A stretch of 64,000 bases of DNA from NCBI GenBank assembly GCA_963702095.1, contig OY969706.1, positions 1,504,001 to 1,568,000 of the forward strand, written 5' to 3'. The notes under the pieces were generated by a model that was not told the origin of the DNA, made no database searches, and was given only the letters and a program-made list of their open reading frames with translations. The number at the start of each line of letters is the position of its first letter. Position 1 is the first letter of the stretch. Made by a program: the position numbers and the translations under genes. Below, piece by piece: positions 51,527 through 64,000 of this stretch. Source of the DNA: Candidatus Bathyarchaeota archaeon. GTDB lineage: Archaea; Thermoproteota; Bathyarchaeia; Bathyarchaeales; Bathycorpusculaceae.

Positions 51527-51655
51527 TTTTTTATCAGTGTGTTGTTGGCAGAAACCTCCTATACACAACAACAATCAGTGGGCTCGGATGCGTGGTCTGT
51601 TTTGGGTTTGGCTGGTTTTGGCGATTGCAGGCTGGTTGTGCAAACGGCTACAAGC
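51527..51655 (-). repeat. Dispersed ~128-bp intergenic element, copy D
   Basis: Minus strand GCTTGTAG..GCACAACCAGCCTGCAA...CCACTGATTGTTGTTGTGTATAGGAG..CAACAACA, closely matching copy B in the 3' half. Confidence 0.8.
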
Positions 51656-51765
51656 AACAGCTCGTTATGTTTCTTTTGGAGAAGGCACTGTGTTCTGCCA
51701 AGATGCCCTCTCCTTACTTAATACTTACGCCGCAACTATGAGTATGCTTCATATTGGAATAGATT

Positions 51766-52650
51766 TTAATCGACATACCAGCCCCATAGCATGCTCAGAT
51801 ATTGAAGGTATGCCAAGGCATAATTTACTAGATTACATTTATTAGGAAAAAATGCCCTTGGTTTTGAATCCAAATTATACATTTTTGCCAAGATACGGTT
51901 TCCCTTTCCGTACCTTCTGAATCTTTTAATAAATCCTAACAAGCCATCGTTAAAATCATGCAAAACAGTTGATTCGAAGGCAAAACTGAGTTCTCCAATA
52001 TCACGAAGTCTAAAACCTAAGTCGATATCTTCGCCTCCAGCAATTCTTATTTGCTCATTAAAGCCCTTGATGTTTTCAAGTGCTTGTTTCCAAACTAATG
52101 CGTTAGCCGTTATAAGGTATTCAGGGGGCTGTAAGGTAGAATTACTATCAGCTGGAGGCAAAAGTGTACATTGACTTTCGTAATACCTTGAAATTTTATC
52201 CTTACCAAAAGACCGAATGTTTCCTGCGTATCCAATAGAACCATTGTTTACTTTCAAAAAACCATTAATCCAATCTGGCATAGCCCTGCAATCACTGTCA
52301 GTAAAAAGAATCCATGTTCCCTTTGCTTGCTGCCATCCGTAATTTCTTGCCGCAGCCGGTCCTTTTCCCTTTGAAGATAATACCCTTATTTTAATTGCTT
52401 GGTTATAATAGTTACTTGGCAGAGTTATCTGACTACCGCCATCACAAATAATCAGCACTTCTGAAGGCAGTATATGGTCTGCGAGGCAAAAAAGGCTGTC
52501 AAGAAAAGCTTCTATCCCTTTTTGATTGTTCTTCACGGGTATGACAACAGAAATTTCTTTGGGACTCCTTATTTTTGGTGCCTTTAAATTCGATCGTTTA
52601 TCTATTAACAGGCCATAACAAGAGAGATAAAACAACTTAACCCTCAACAC
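51766..52650 (-). CDS. GT2 glycosyltransferase (start uncertain)
   Basis: SVVIPVKN, GPAAARN.G, FTDSDC, TAN, GFNE, GGEDIDLG.RL. Confidence 0.88.
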   Translation of the reverse strand: MLRVKLFYLSCYGLLIDKRSNLKAPKIRSPKEISVVIPVKNNQKGIEAFLDSLFCLADHILPSEVLIICDGGSQITLPSNYYNQAIKIRVLSSKGKGPAAARNYGWQQAKGTWILFTDSDCRAMPDWINGFLKVNNGSIGYAGNIRSFGKDKISRYYESQCTLLPPADSNSTLQPPEYLITANALVWKQALENIKGFNEQIRIAGGEDIDLGFRLRDIGELSFAFESTVLHDFNDGLLGFIKRFRRYGKGNRILAKMYNLDSKPRAFFPNKCNLVNYALAYLQYLSMLWGWYVD

Positions 52651-52864
52651 AGTGACTGCAAAAATCAGTTACTTCTCTTTTCAAGCTTTTTGCAAACTCA
52701 AAAGCTAATTCTTCAGTATTAAACGGCCCATGCCATTTTCCGTTCTTTCCAGAATCGGGCTGAAAGCCTTGCCCTTGATTACAGAAACTACAGTTTCCTT
52801 TATGCACACGAGCTTTTCCACCGCTTACAGCACGCCAATTCTCATAAACCCACCAAGACATCAA
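52637..52864 (-). CDS. Small putative Zn-binding protein
   Basis: RVHKGNCSFC, KWHGPF, FCSHC. Confidence 0.65.
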   Translation of the reverse strand: MMSWWVYENWRAVSGGKARVHKGNCSFCNQGQGFQPDSGKNGKWHGPFNTEELAFEFAKSLKREVTDFCSHCVEG

Positions 52865-52998
52865 ACAATCCCGTGGCTACTTGAGAAACCATTCTTTTAA
52901 ACAATTCCTATAAATAATAGGAGCAAACGTCCTCTATCATTTATGAATATTTATTTTCCGAATAATAATGGGATTTTTTTATACAAAATGTTATTTAG

Positions 52999-56171
<3,173 letters not shown>

Positions 56172-56217
56172 GCCCTTTTCCCTCTGCGCCCCTTGTTTGG
56201 TGGTGGCTTACCTATTA

Positions 56218-56236
56218 TTCCACTGGAGAGTTTAAA
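56218..56236 (-). promoter_or_regulatory. TATA box followed by palindromic TCCAGTGGA(A)
   Basis: Minus strand TTTAAACT-C-TCCAGTGGAATAATAGG upstream of the HTH-NrdD-like gene. Confidence 0.45.
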
Positions 56237-56284
56237 CTTAACTAAGAAAACCGAATAAAAAGAAAACCCTGAGTCCGCTGGGTG

Positions 56285-57331
56285 CTATTCGGGGCAGGGT
56301 TGCTGTTGGCTGATGCAGTGTATGGTGCCGAAGCCGTAGACTAAGTCGCCGCAGAATATCCCCACCACTTTCCGAGTTGGGAACTGCTCCTGTAGAATTG
56401 CCAACGCCCTCTCGTCGTTTGGATGGTTGAAGATGGGCACCAAGACTTTGGTGTTGCCTATGTAGAAGTTGGTGTAGCTTGCGGGAAGACGGTAGCCTTC
56501 GTCGCTTATGACTTTAGGCATGGGCAACTTGGCGATTTTGAGTTTTCCGCCGTCTTGATCCACTGATTCAGTGAGTAGCGTATAGTTTTCTTTTAGGACA
56601 GCATAGTCTGCGTCGTTGGGGTCATCTTCGTATGCACATACGATAGTGTTGGAGTTAACGAAACGCGCCAAGTCATCTATGTGGCCGTCGGTGTCGTCGC
56701 CTAAGATGCCCCGCTTAAGCCAAATAAAATGCCGCACCCCCAAGTAGTTTCTGAGGTACTGCTCGATCTGTTCCTTGTTGAGGTCGGGGTTGCGGTTGCT
56801 GTTTAGCAGGCACTGCTCGGTCGTGAGTAGGGTGCCCAAGCCGTTGACGTCTATGGAACCGCCTTCCAAAACGACGCCGGGTTTGTAATATCGAAGTCCC
56901 ATTTTCTTGTTGATTACGTCGGGGATTTCTTTGTCTCGAAGCAGGGTTTCGTATTTTTCGCCCCAACTGTTGAAGTCCCAGTGGATCATCGCCAACTCAT
57001 GCTCGGGGTTGCTTACGAAGATGGGACCGTAGTCGCGGAACCAAACGTCGGCGTAATCGGAAACCCAGATGTGTACCCGCTCCAAGTTGATGCTCGCATG
57101 CTGCAATATGGCGGTGGCTTTCTTTTTTGTGGGTTCATCAATGACGAAAAGGTTGACTTCTTCGCTTTCATGAATCTCCTTGATGATTTGCACGTAGGTT
57201 GCCTCAACCCGCTCGACTCGGTCGGGGAAAGTGGTTGGGTCATAGGGCCAAGCAAGCCAAATCGCCGCGTGCCGCTGCCACTCCGCAGGCATAGTAAACC
57301 CAAGTTCACAGGGAACTTTTTCGGCGCTCAC
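56285..57331 (-). CDS. aguA: Agmatine deiminase
   Basis: MPAEW, WFRDYGP, EGGSID.NG.GT, DTDGHIDD, ASY.NFY, GTIHCISQQQP; GTG overlaps the upstream TAG. Confidence 0.92.
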   Translation of the reverse strand: MSAEKVPCELGFTMPAEWQRHAAIWLAWPYDPTTFPDRVERVEATYVQIIKEIHESEEVNLFVIDEPTKKKATAILQHASINLERVHIWVSDYADVWFRDYGPIFVSNPEHELAMIHWDFNSWGEKYETLLRDKEIPDVINKKMGLRYYKPGVVLEGGSIDVNGLGTLLTTEQCLLNSNRNPDLNKEQIEQYLRNYLGVRHFIWLKRGILGDDTDGHIDDLARFVNSNTIVCAYEDDPNDADYAVLKENYTLLTESVDQDGGKLKIAKLPMPKVISDEGYRLPASYTNFYIGNTKVLVPIFNHPNDERALAILQEQFPTRKVVGIFCGDLVYGFGTIHCISQQQPCPE

Positions 57332-58221
57332 TATTCTGAGTCCTCCGCTTTCTTTTTGACTAGGGGACCATAAGTGTCTGGGCACCTGTTGCGCAGAAAA
57401 CCCCAACCCTCTTGGATCTGCTGGTTCTTAACCAAATCCACATTGGCAACGAGTACCTGCTCGCTAATGGTGCTTGCCTCAGCAATGACCTTACCGAACG
57501 AATCGCAGACAAAGCTGCCGCCCCAAAACTCGAGCCAGCCCTCTTCGCCAACCCGATTCACCGCCGCCACGTGGACGCCGTTTGCGATTGCGTGAGCACG
57601 TTGCACGGTTCTCCAAGCGTCATGCCAGTCGCCGTCTTTGGAGGTGTGTCCTTTGATGTAGCCGATGGCAGTGGGGTAAAAGATGATTTCTGCCCCTGCC
57701 AATGCGCAGATGCGTGCGGGTTCAGGGAACCATTGGTCGTAGCAGATGAGTGTGCCGATTTTGGCGTATGCAGTCTGGACAACTTTATATTCTTCTTTTC
57801 CTTCTTCGAAATAGTTTTTTTCGTAGAAGTAGGGGTCATAGGGGATGTGAGCTTTTCGGTATTTGCCTGCGATGGAGCCGTCGGCGTCGATTATGGCGGC
57901 GGTGTTATAGAATTTGCCTTCAGCGCTCTTTTCGAATAGGGGGGCGATAATTACTATTTTGTATTTTTTTGCCAATTCAGCGAAGACTTTGGTGGATTCT
58001 CCAGGGATGGATTCTGCCAAAGGCGCCGCGTCCACTTTTTCTTCTTGTGGAAAATACCTTGTGCGGTAGAGTTCTTGGAGGCAAATGATCTGGGCGCCTC
58101 TCTGTGCGGCTTGGATAATTTTCTGTCCTGTTTTAGCCATGTTTTCAGCTATGTTTTCTGTGACGGTGGTTTGGATAAGCCCAATAGTTACGACTTTCGC
58201 ATTTTTTTTATGAGCAGTTAT
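57331..58221 (-). CDS. aguB: N-carbamoylputrescine amidohydrolase (carbon-nitrogen hydrolase)
   Basis: CLQEL, YRKAHIP..P.FYEK.YF, ICYDQWFPE, YPTAIG; frame extends upstream (VTIGLIQ) to a possible ATA start. Confidence 0.85.
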   Translation of the reverse strand: MTAHKKNAKVVTIGLIQTTVTENIAENMAKTGQKIIQAAQRGAQIICLQELYRTRYFPQEEKVDAAPLAESIPGESTKVFAELAKKYKIVIIAPLFEKSAEGKFYNTAAIIDADGSIAGKYRKAHIPYDPYFYEKNYFEEGKEEYKVVQTAYAKIGTLICYDQWFPEPARICALAGAEIIFYPTAIGYIKGHTSKDGDWHDAWRTVQRAHAIANGVHVAAVNRVGEEGWLEFWGGSFVCDSFGKVIAEASTISEQVLVANVDLVKNQQIQEGWGFLRNRCPDTYGPLVKKKAEDSE

Positions 58222-58625
58222 AGTTTGTCCACCCTTGATTGCAATTAATTTATTGGCTGTTCTATTAACTTTTTTGAGGACACAAAAAGATAATCAATCC
58301 TAAAACAGGCCGTTCCAAGCGAAGGGACAAAAACCCGCTCTAGTCAAATGCATTCAAATCATCAAGGAACAATCATGTTGAAGGCTAGAAACATAACATT
58401 TGAAAGCATTTGTTTATGGTGGATCGGTTAGCAAACTTTAATTCCTATGTAGTGCATGCTGGGTTCCCGATGAAATTTAATGGACAGGCGTCAAGTTATC
58501 CATAAAAATCGTGAGCCCACTCAGCCTATACTTGACTGTTTTAACGACTCAGTTACTTATCGACTTAAACTCGCTGCGAATTCATTCATTCGCCGAACTC
58601 AAACGGAAAGGACCCTGAAACACCG

Positions 58626-60438
58626 TTGCATATAGGGAAAGCAAATTTTTCTTGGAGGGAAATAGGGTACCTAAGAAAATGGGTTCCCATCGCCATCTTA
58701 ATAGGCATAGTAAGCGGTGTAGGCGCCCTAATATTTGACCAAGCAATCAAATTCTTCAGCAGTCTATTGCTAGGCGGCATCGCCGGTTACTATCCGCCTA
58801 CACCAATAGGGGAAGGTGCACTACTGCCTACAACCGCGTTCAACCCCTTCTTACTAGTAGCCGTAACAACACTAGGCGGTTTAATAAGCGGAATCATCGT
58901 TTTCGGATTAGCACCCGAAGCCGAGGGTCACGGAACAGACTCCGCCATCGACGCCTTCCACAACAAAAAAGGCTCCATCCGATCAAGAATCCCCGTCATA
59001 AAACTTTTAGCATCTGCTATAACAATAGGTTCTGGAGGAAGCGCAGGCCAGAAGGCCCCACCGCACAAATGGCCGCGGGCTTCGGTTCATTTTTAGGAAA
59101 ACTGATGCATCTGAGCGCCCGTGACCGGCGGATTGCACTTGCTGTGGGTATAGGCGCGGGTATCGGCGCAATTTTCAAGGCGCCCTTCGGCGGAGCCATC
59201 TTAGCAGCTGAAATCCTCTACATAGCTGATTTTGAAGTTGACACTTTACTTCCCGCGTTCATCGCCTCAACGGTCGGTTACAGCATTTACGGCATTGTTA
59301 ACGGTTGGACCCCCATCTTCGGCGAAGTAAACTTAGGCGCTTTTCAAGACCCCATCAATTTGCCACTATACGCTGTTCTGGGAATAGCCTGTGGGTTACT
59401 GGGCATAGTTTACGTCAGGAGTTTCTATGGAATAAAACAGGTGTTCCATAAATTAAAGATTCCAAATTTCGTCAAACCCGCCATAGGCGGCTTGCTGGTA
59501 GGGGTAATCGGCGTATTCTTCCCCCAAATCTTAGGAGTAGGTTACGGTTGGCTCCAACTTTTAATGGACGGCAACTTTCTGCTCTTGCCGCTGATGCTTC
59601 TTCCAATAATTTTAGTTTTAAAGATCCTTGCAACATCGTTAACTGTCGGTTCAGGTGGAAGCGGCGGTGTCTTTGGCCCCGGCTTAGTAATCGGAGGCAC
59701 ACTTGGAGCAATAATCTGGTACATATTTAGTTACTTTATACCGAATTTCCAAGTAAACATCGCCGTGTTTGTCATCGTGGGCATGATGGCTTTCTTTGGA
59801 GGAGTAGGAAAAGTGCCGGTTGCAGTAATATTGATGGCTAGCGAAATGACTGGAACATTGGCGCTTCTGGTACCGTCCATGATAGCGACGGCAATTGCCT
59901 ATGTGATAACGGGCAAGTACACAATTTATAAGAGCCAAGTCGCAGCTCCAGAGCTGAATCACCCGCCCACAGAGGAGAATACTCCATTCCGTTATTAGAA
60001 AAACTGAATGTAAAAGATGCCATGACTGAACGTGTGATTACTATTTACCCTGATATGTCCATTTCTGATGCGGCGGCGACCATGGAGAAAAACGGCATAC
60101 GAGGGCTGCCCGTAACAACTCCTCAGGGCGATCTAGTGGGCATTGTCACCAGTTCAGATGTGCTACAAACTCATCCTGACCAGCGGAGCAAAAAAACAGT
60201 GGCAACCATAATGTCAAAAGACATCGTTGTAACCTACCCCAACGAATACTTGTCTGTGGTTCTTGAAAAAATGACGGGTAACCAAATAGGGCGGTTGCCT
60301 GTAGTTAACCCTGGCAAAGAGAAACGTCTAGTTGGGATAATTACCCGCGAAGACATCTGGCGTATCTATAGGATTGAAGTCAACTCGAGGTTAGATGAGC
60401 AAAACAAGCTTTCTGGAAACACCACAGAAGAATCTTAG
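58626..60438 (+). CDS. ClC-family chloride channel/antiporter with C-terminal CBS pair (frameshifts near 59049 and 59945)
   Basis: EAEGHGTD, GSGGSAG(R)EGP restored by +1 base, FKAPFGG, GGSGGVFGP, SEMTG, IYKSQV, SPAHRGEY linker, two CBS domains. Confidence 0.88.
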
Positions 60439-60542
60439 CCTCATCCTTTAGAGCGCCATGAAAGCTGCCTTGCGCCACATCAACTGCCAGATAGGATAAA
60501 TAGTAATAAGTAGGTGCCTCCAAGTATTTTTGAGGACAAGAC

Positions 60543-61094
60543 ATGTCAGCTAAAATCCCCGTAAAAATTTCTTCCGCCACAAGGTTGCTTCACCCTATGC
60601 ACACCGTCCTGGTTTCATGCGTCGGCAACTCAGGCAAACCCAACGCAACCACTTTGGCGTGGGCGATGCCGACCTCAGCTAACCCTCCGCTCTTAGCCAT
60701 CAGCATAGCACCCACCCGCCACTCTCACAGTTTAATCGAGCAATCAGGCGAATTCACCGTAAACATCCCTACCATAGAAACGTTGCAGGCAGTGTATGCA
60801 TGCGGCTCCCTCACTGGCAGAAGCTTTGATAAATTTAAAAAGGCAAACCTCACCCCCATGCCGGGCAAAAAAGTTAAGGCACCAGCCATCCGCGAATGCA
60901 TTGCGCATCTGGAATGTGAAGTGGACGGTCAGATGACAACCGGCGACCACACGGTTTTCATAGGCAAAATTGTGGAAGCCTACGCGGACATGGGTGTCTT
61001 CTCTGAATCCTACGACCTCAAAAAAGCCCGTGTGCTATTCCACGTGGGCGGCAACAACTTTGCATTGCTTGACCCTAAACTCTACAAAGGCTAA
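60543..61094 (+). CDS. Flavin reductase-like FMN-binding protein
   Basis: PPLLAISI, EFTVNIP, CGSLTGR..DKF, AHLEC, GDHTVFIGKI. Confidence 0.9.
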   Translation: MSAKIPVKISSATRLLHPMHTVLVSCVGNSGKPNATTLAWAMPTSANPPLLAISIAPTRHSHSLIEQSGEFTVNIPTIETLQAVYACGSLTGRSFDKFKKANLTPMPGKKVKAPAIRECIAHLECEVDGQMTTGDHTVFIGKIVEAYADMGVFSESYDLKKARVLFHVGGNNFALLDPKLYKG

Positions 61095-61106
61095 CTGCCT
61101 TTTTCT

Positions 61107-61289
61107 CTATGGTCTGACGCATTCTGCTTTGGGCCTGTAGGGGCGTTTTGTGGTTCTTTTTCGATGGTGGTACGCACATTCACTGATTCGGGTAAGTATC
61201 CAGCCTTTGTCTTGGTAGATGCACCCACAGGGCAGCTTAACCTCTTTTAATTTGTCGGTGTTTTGGGTTGGTTTTTCTGTGTCCGCCAT
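61107..61289 (-). CDS. Small Cys/His-containing basic protein
   Basis: GGAG SD + ATG; LPCGC...ECAYH. Confidence 0.5.
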   Translation of the reverse strand: MADTEKPTQNTDKLKEVKLPCGCIYQDKGWILTRISECAYHHRKRTTKRPYRPKAECVRP

Positions 61290-61382
61290 GGTTAACTCCA
61301 GCTGCTTGTAGAATAAAAAATAGAGTATATCCTTGGTTTAATTAGCTTTGAAAAATAAGGAGAAAAAAGAATGGTTTTGAAT

Positions 61383-62183
61383 TTATTGTACGTTGGCTGC
61401 TACTGTTGAGATGTCGGCGATGTCAACGCGGTAGTTGTTGTTGAAGTCCATGCTTAAGTCGAAATTGCCCCAGCCAGGCATTGCACCGTAGCATTGACCA
61501 ATAGTCCTAACGTCCGCACGGGTTACAATGCTGTTTGTTGCCTCGACACCCATCTTGAATGGGTTATTCCACGCTCTTGTTATGGTGCGGAATACTGAAC
61601 CTGAAAGCGAGTCTATGCCGTTTATGGAGAGGGTGAACTTGTTGTTGGCAACTGACAACTCGCCGTAAGCTCTCTGTATGGAACTGTCTTGGTTACGGAG
61701 CACTCTGACGATTTGTCCTTCATCGTTTGTTATGACTGTTACGTTGGCGTTTATGGTTGCAACCGTCCATGTGCCGTTGATGAAGTAGCTGCCTGAACTT
61801 GCATCTACAGTGGAGACTGAAACGTTAGCTAATCTTGCAACATAGTAGACGTAGGTGAAATTCTCTTTTGCCTTGACGTCTTGGATTGCTCTTGAAGTGT
61901 TGGTGGTCCAGATGGCTGTGGCTGCAGCAAACTGGTTGGTTCCTGAAGTTTCATGTGTTGCTTCTCGAGCTTGCGTCTGAAGTGTACCCCTAACGGTTGT
62001 TGTTCCCCACTGGTCTATGACGCCGTTGAGTTTAATCCAGCTTGAAGAGGTTAACCTGTTACTTGCAGCTCTTAAAGGGTCAACATGTAGAGCGGCGGCG
62101 TAACTGAATGTTACGGCAATGGTGCTTACAAGGAGTAATGCTACGACTGCGGTGATTAGTGCTTTATTTTTTGTTGTGTTCAT
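61383..62183 (-). CDS. Secreted protein with C-terminal dockerin-like domain
   Basis: Signal peptide; D.RTIGQCYGAMPGWGNFDLSMDFNNNYRVDIADISTVA Ca-binding duplicated-segment pattern. Confidence 0.75.
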   Translation of the reverse strand: MNTTKNKALITAVVALLLVSTIAVTFSYAAALHVDPLRAASNRLTSSSWIKLNGVIDQWGTTTVRGTLQTQAREATHETSGTNQFAAATAIWTTNTSRAIQDVKAKENFTYVYYVARLANVSVSTVDASSGSYFINGTWTVATINANVTVITNDEGQIVRVLRNQDSSIQRAYGELSVANNKFTLSINGIDSLSGSVFRTITRAWNNPFKMGVEATNSIVTRADVRTIGQCYGAMPGWGNFDLSMDFNNNYRVDIADISTVAANVQ

Positions 62184-62270
62184 GTTTAATCACTTGTTTT
62201 CTTCAACAAACCTCTTGCTGAAAGAAAATAAAAGCGTTTCTGACCCTCAATTCTTGAAACAAACCCAAAT

Positions 62271-62310
62271 ATAGTTCATAATAGTTCACGACCGTTCAAT
62301 TGAGTCCAAT
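62271..62310. repeat. Four direct repeats phased at exactly 10 bp (candidate regulator binding array)
   Basis: ATAGTTCATA ATAGTTCACG ACCGTTCAAT TGAGTCCAAT. Confidence 0.7.
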
Positions 62311-62479
62311 TCAATTTAAGCGGCAGTACTGCACCCTTTTCTACCCTAACAGGCATCCGACGCCAATATTTCAGCAATACGCTAAACTGCTAGTGTAGAA
62401 CAACCCTATCCAAAGCGGGGGCGGAGAAAGCCTTAAAGTATCACCTAACAAATATGGAGCACATTCCCCGTGAGGTAAA

Positions 62480-63400
62480 ATGAGCCACCGTTACCTAACT
62501 ATCTGCATAGTAACATGTGCCCTACTGCTACTGGCAATTCCTATGCAAATAGTTGAGTGCCAAAACTACTATGAATACCACATCCAAATCCGAAGCGACG
62601 GCTCAGCACTCTGGACCATAAAACAGTTCTCCAACGCCAACGCAACAACCGAAACCTGGGAATCATTGCAGACAAAAATCTTCAACCTCCTCGACGCCGC
62701 CTCCAGCGCAACCAACCGAGAAATGGACATCGATGAAAACTCTCTCCAAATAAACACCAACATATCCTCAGACTCAAAAACAACCGAATACACTTTTTTG
62801 TGGCTAAACTTTAGCGTAGTCCAAAACAGCGAAATCTCCTTCGGCGACGTCTTTAGGGTTCACGGTTTTTTTGGTTATCTTTTTGGCGATGCAGCACTAA
62901 AAATTAGCTATCCCGCAGAGTATACTGTTAAATCGGTTTATCCCCCGCCTACCGAGCGGCAGGACACTTTGCAGTCGTGGACGTGGGCGAGGACTCAGGA
63001 CTTAACCGGCAGCACATCGGTAGTTTTAACCCAAAACGGCACCAACCAAAACACAGCTAACGGCGGCATTCGATTTGGCTTGATTATATCCGTGGTTTTG
63101 GTGGCTGCAGTAAGCGTTTCACTCGTCGGTTTTTACATGTTTAAACGGCATAAAAACCACGGCAAATCCGTCTTGTCCCCCGTTGAGGAACAGTCACGCA
63201 TTGAGAGCGAAGAGGAAAAGATCATAAGGCTTCTTAGGACTTCAGGCGGTACCTTGCGCCAATCAGAGATTACTGATAGCCTCAAGTTTTCCAAGGCTAA
63301 AACAAGTCAACTCTTGACCGCACTCGAAACCGGGGGAATTCTGACAAGGTATAAGAAGGGGCGGGATAAAATAGTGACCCTCAAGAAGGGAGATCGGTGA
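62480..63400 (+). CDS. Membrane-anchored regulator: extracellular domain, TM helix, C-terminal wHTH
   Basis: Signal peptide, DGSALWTI exported domain, TM, EEKIIRLL..GG..RQSEI...SKAKTSQLL..LE..G...R.K.GR. Confidence 0.82.
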   Translation: MSHRYLTICIVTCALLLLAIPMQIVECQNYYEYHIQIRSDGSALWTIKQFSNANATTETWESLQTKIFNLLDAASSATNREMDIDENSLQINTNISSDSKTTEYTFLWLNFSVVQNSEISFGDVFRVHGFFGYLFGDAALKISYPAEYTVKSVYPPPTERQDTLQSWTWARTQDLTGSTSVVLTQNGTNQNTANGGIRFGLIISVVLVAAVSVSLVGFYMFKRHKNHGKSVLSPVEEQSRIESEEEKIIRLLRTSGGTLRQSEITDSLKFSKAKTSQLLTALETGGILTRYKKGRDKIVTLKKGDR

Positions 63401-63407
63401 ATAAACA

Positions 63408-64000
63408 ATGGCAAAAACACGTAAGATATCTATAGTTGTGTTATCCGTTTTACTCTTCAGTTTAATCTCAGTTTGCTTAGTTTTTGGCGCTGCCGCACAG
63501 AACGTGACCGTACGTGCAGAAGTTTCCTCCAGTCAACCACAGGTCGGAGACACCTTAACAGTTACTATTAAACTCTCCAATGCCCAAGACGTCTACGGAG
63601 TCGATGTTGCCTTGGACTGGAACCCAGCGGTTCTTAGAGCAATCAGCGCAACCCCAATACTGGGCGTGGAATCGCATTCAGGAGGCGTATTGCATGAGTC
63701 AGAAACTTACCCCATCGACGTTGAAGATGATTCCCTAACCGATGGACAGTACCATCTCTTAGCCACCTCCGTTGGTGCCTCTACCCCCGGGTTTAGCGGC
63801 GACGGAACCATAGCTACCGTCGAATTCAACATCACAAGCGCCGGTTCAACAGGCTTAGCATTGGATAACGTCGAATTGGCAATAAAGGGCAATGAGAACC
63901 CTGTTGACCCGTCGACCTCCGTGGATTCGGTAAACGTGGTGGTCCCAGAGTTTCCAGTTGCCGCCATCATTGTCGGGATTGTCGTTGCCTCGGTAACGGT
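63408..64000 (+). CDS. Cohesin-domain surface protein with PEF-CTERM anchor (3' end outside window; not in ORF track)
   Basis: MAKTRK + signal peptide; VGDTLTVTIKL.N...YG.D..L.WNPAVL...FSGDGTIATVEFNI cohesin pattern; VVPEFP + TM. Confidence 0.8.
   Translation, partial: MAKTRKISIVVLSVLLFSLISVCLVFGAAAQNVTVRAEVSSSQPQVGDTLTVTIKLSNAQDVYGVDVALDWNPAVLRAISATPILGVESHSGGVLHESETYPIDVEDDSLTDGQYHLLATSVGASTPGFSGDGTIATVEFNITSAGSTGLALDNVELAIKGNENPVDPSTSVDSVNVVVPEFPVAAIIVGIVVASVT

Noticed and set aside
58260-58625. Fluoride riboswitch ahead of the ClC gene
   Set aside because: No GGCGATGG-type consensus; the protein has ordinary archaeal ClC-CBS motifs.

Overview
Archaeal chromosomal segment, most consistent with Bathyarchaeia. 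This is inferred from archaeal-type fibrillarin/Nop5, TpiA, RNase HII, GlnA and HisS, intron-containing tRNAs, a grpE-dnaK-dnaJ cluster, and many PQQ-like/Kelch/cohesin/dockerin surface proteins. It holds about 55 CDS covering sugar/glycogen metabolism, RNA modification, chaperones, a non-oxidative pentose phosphate islet, agmatine catabolism and surface proteins, plus two spliced tRNAs. tRNA-Tyr has two introns, and the tRNA-Trp intron encodes a box C/D guide. Five genes carry single-base frameshifts, probably consensus errors. Best candidates for new biology: (1) an ArsR-type HTH + ATP-cone protein fused to a full-length class III ribonucleotide reductase fold lacking all radical/catalytic residues, a candidate nucleotide-sensing pseudoenzyme regulator; (2) a dispersed ~128-bp intergenic element present in 5-6 copies with two fixed-spacing palindromes; (3) an unknown RHH-like gene heading grpE-dnaK with palindromic operators at its promoter; (4) a cohesin / dockerin / membrane-anchored HTH module with 10-bp-phased repeats. 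All family calls come from motif recognition by eye, with no database searches.
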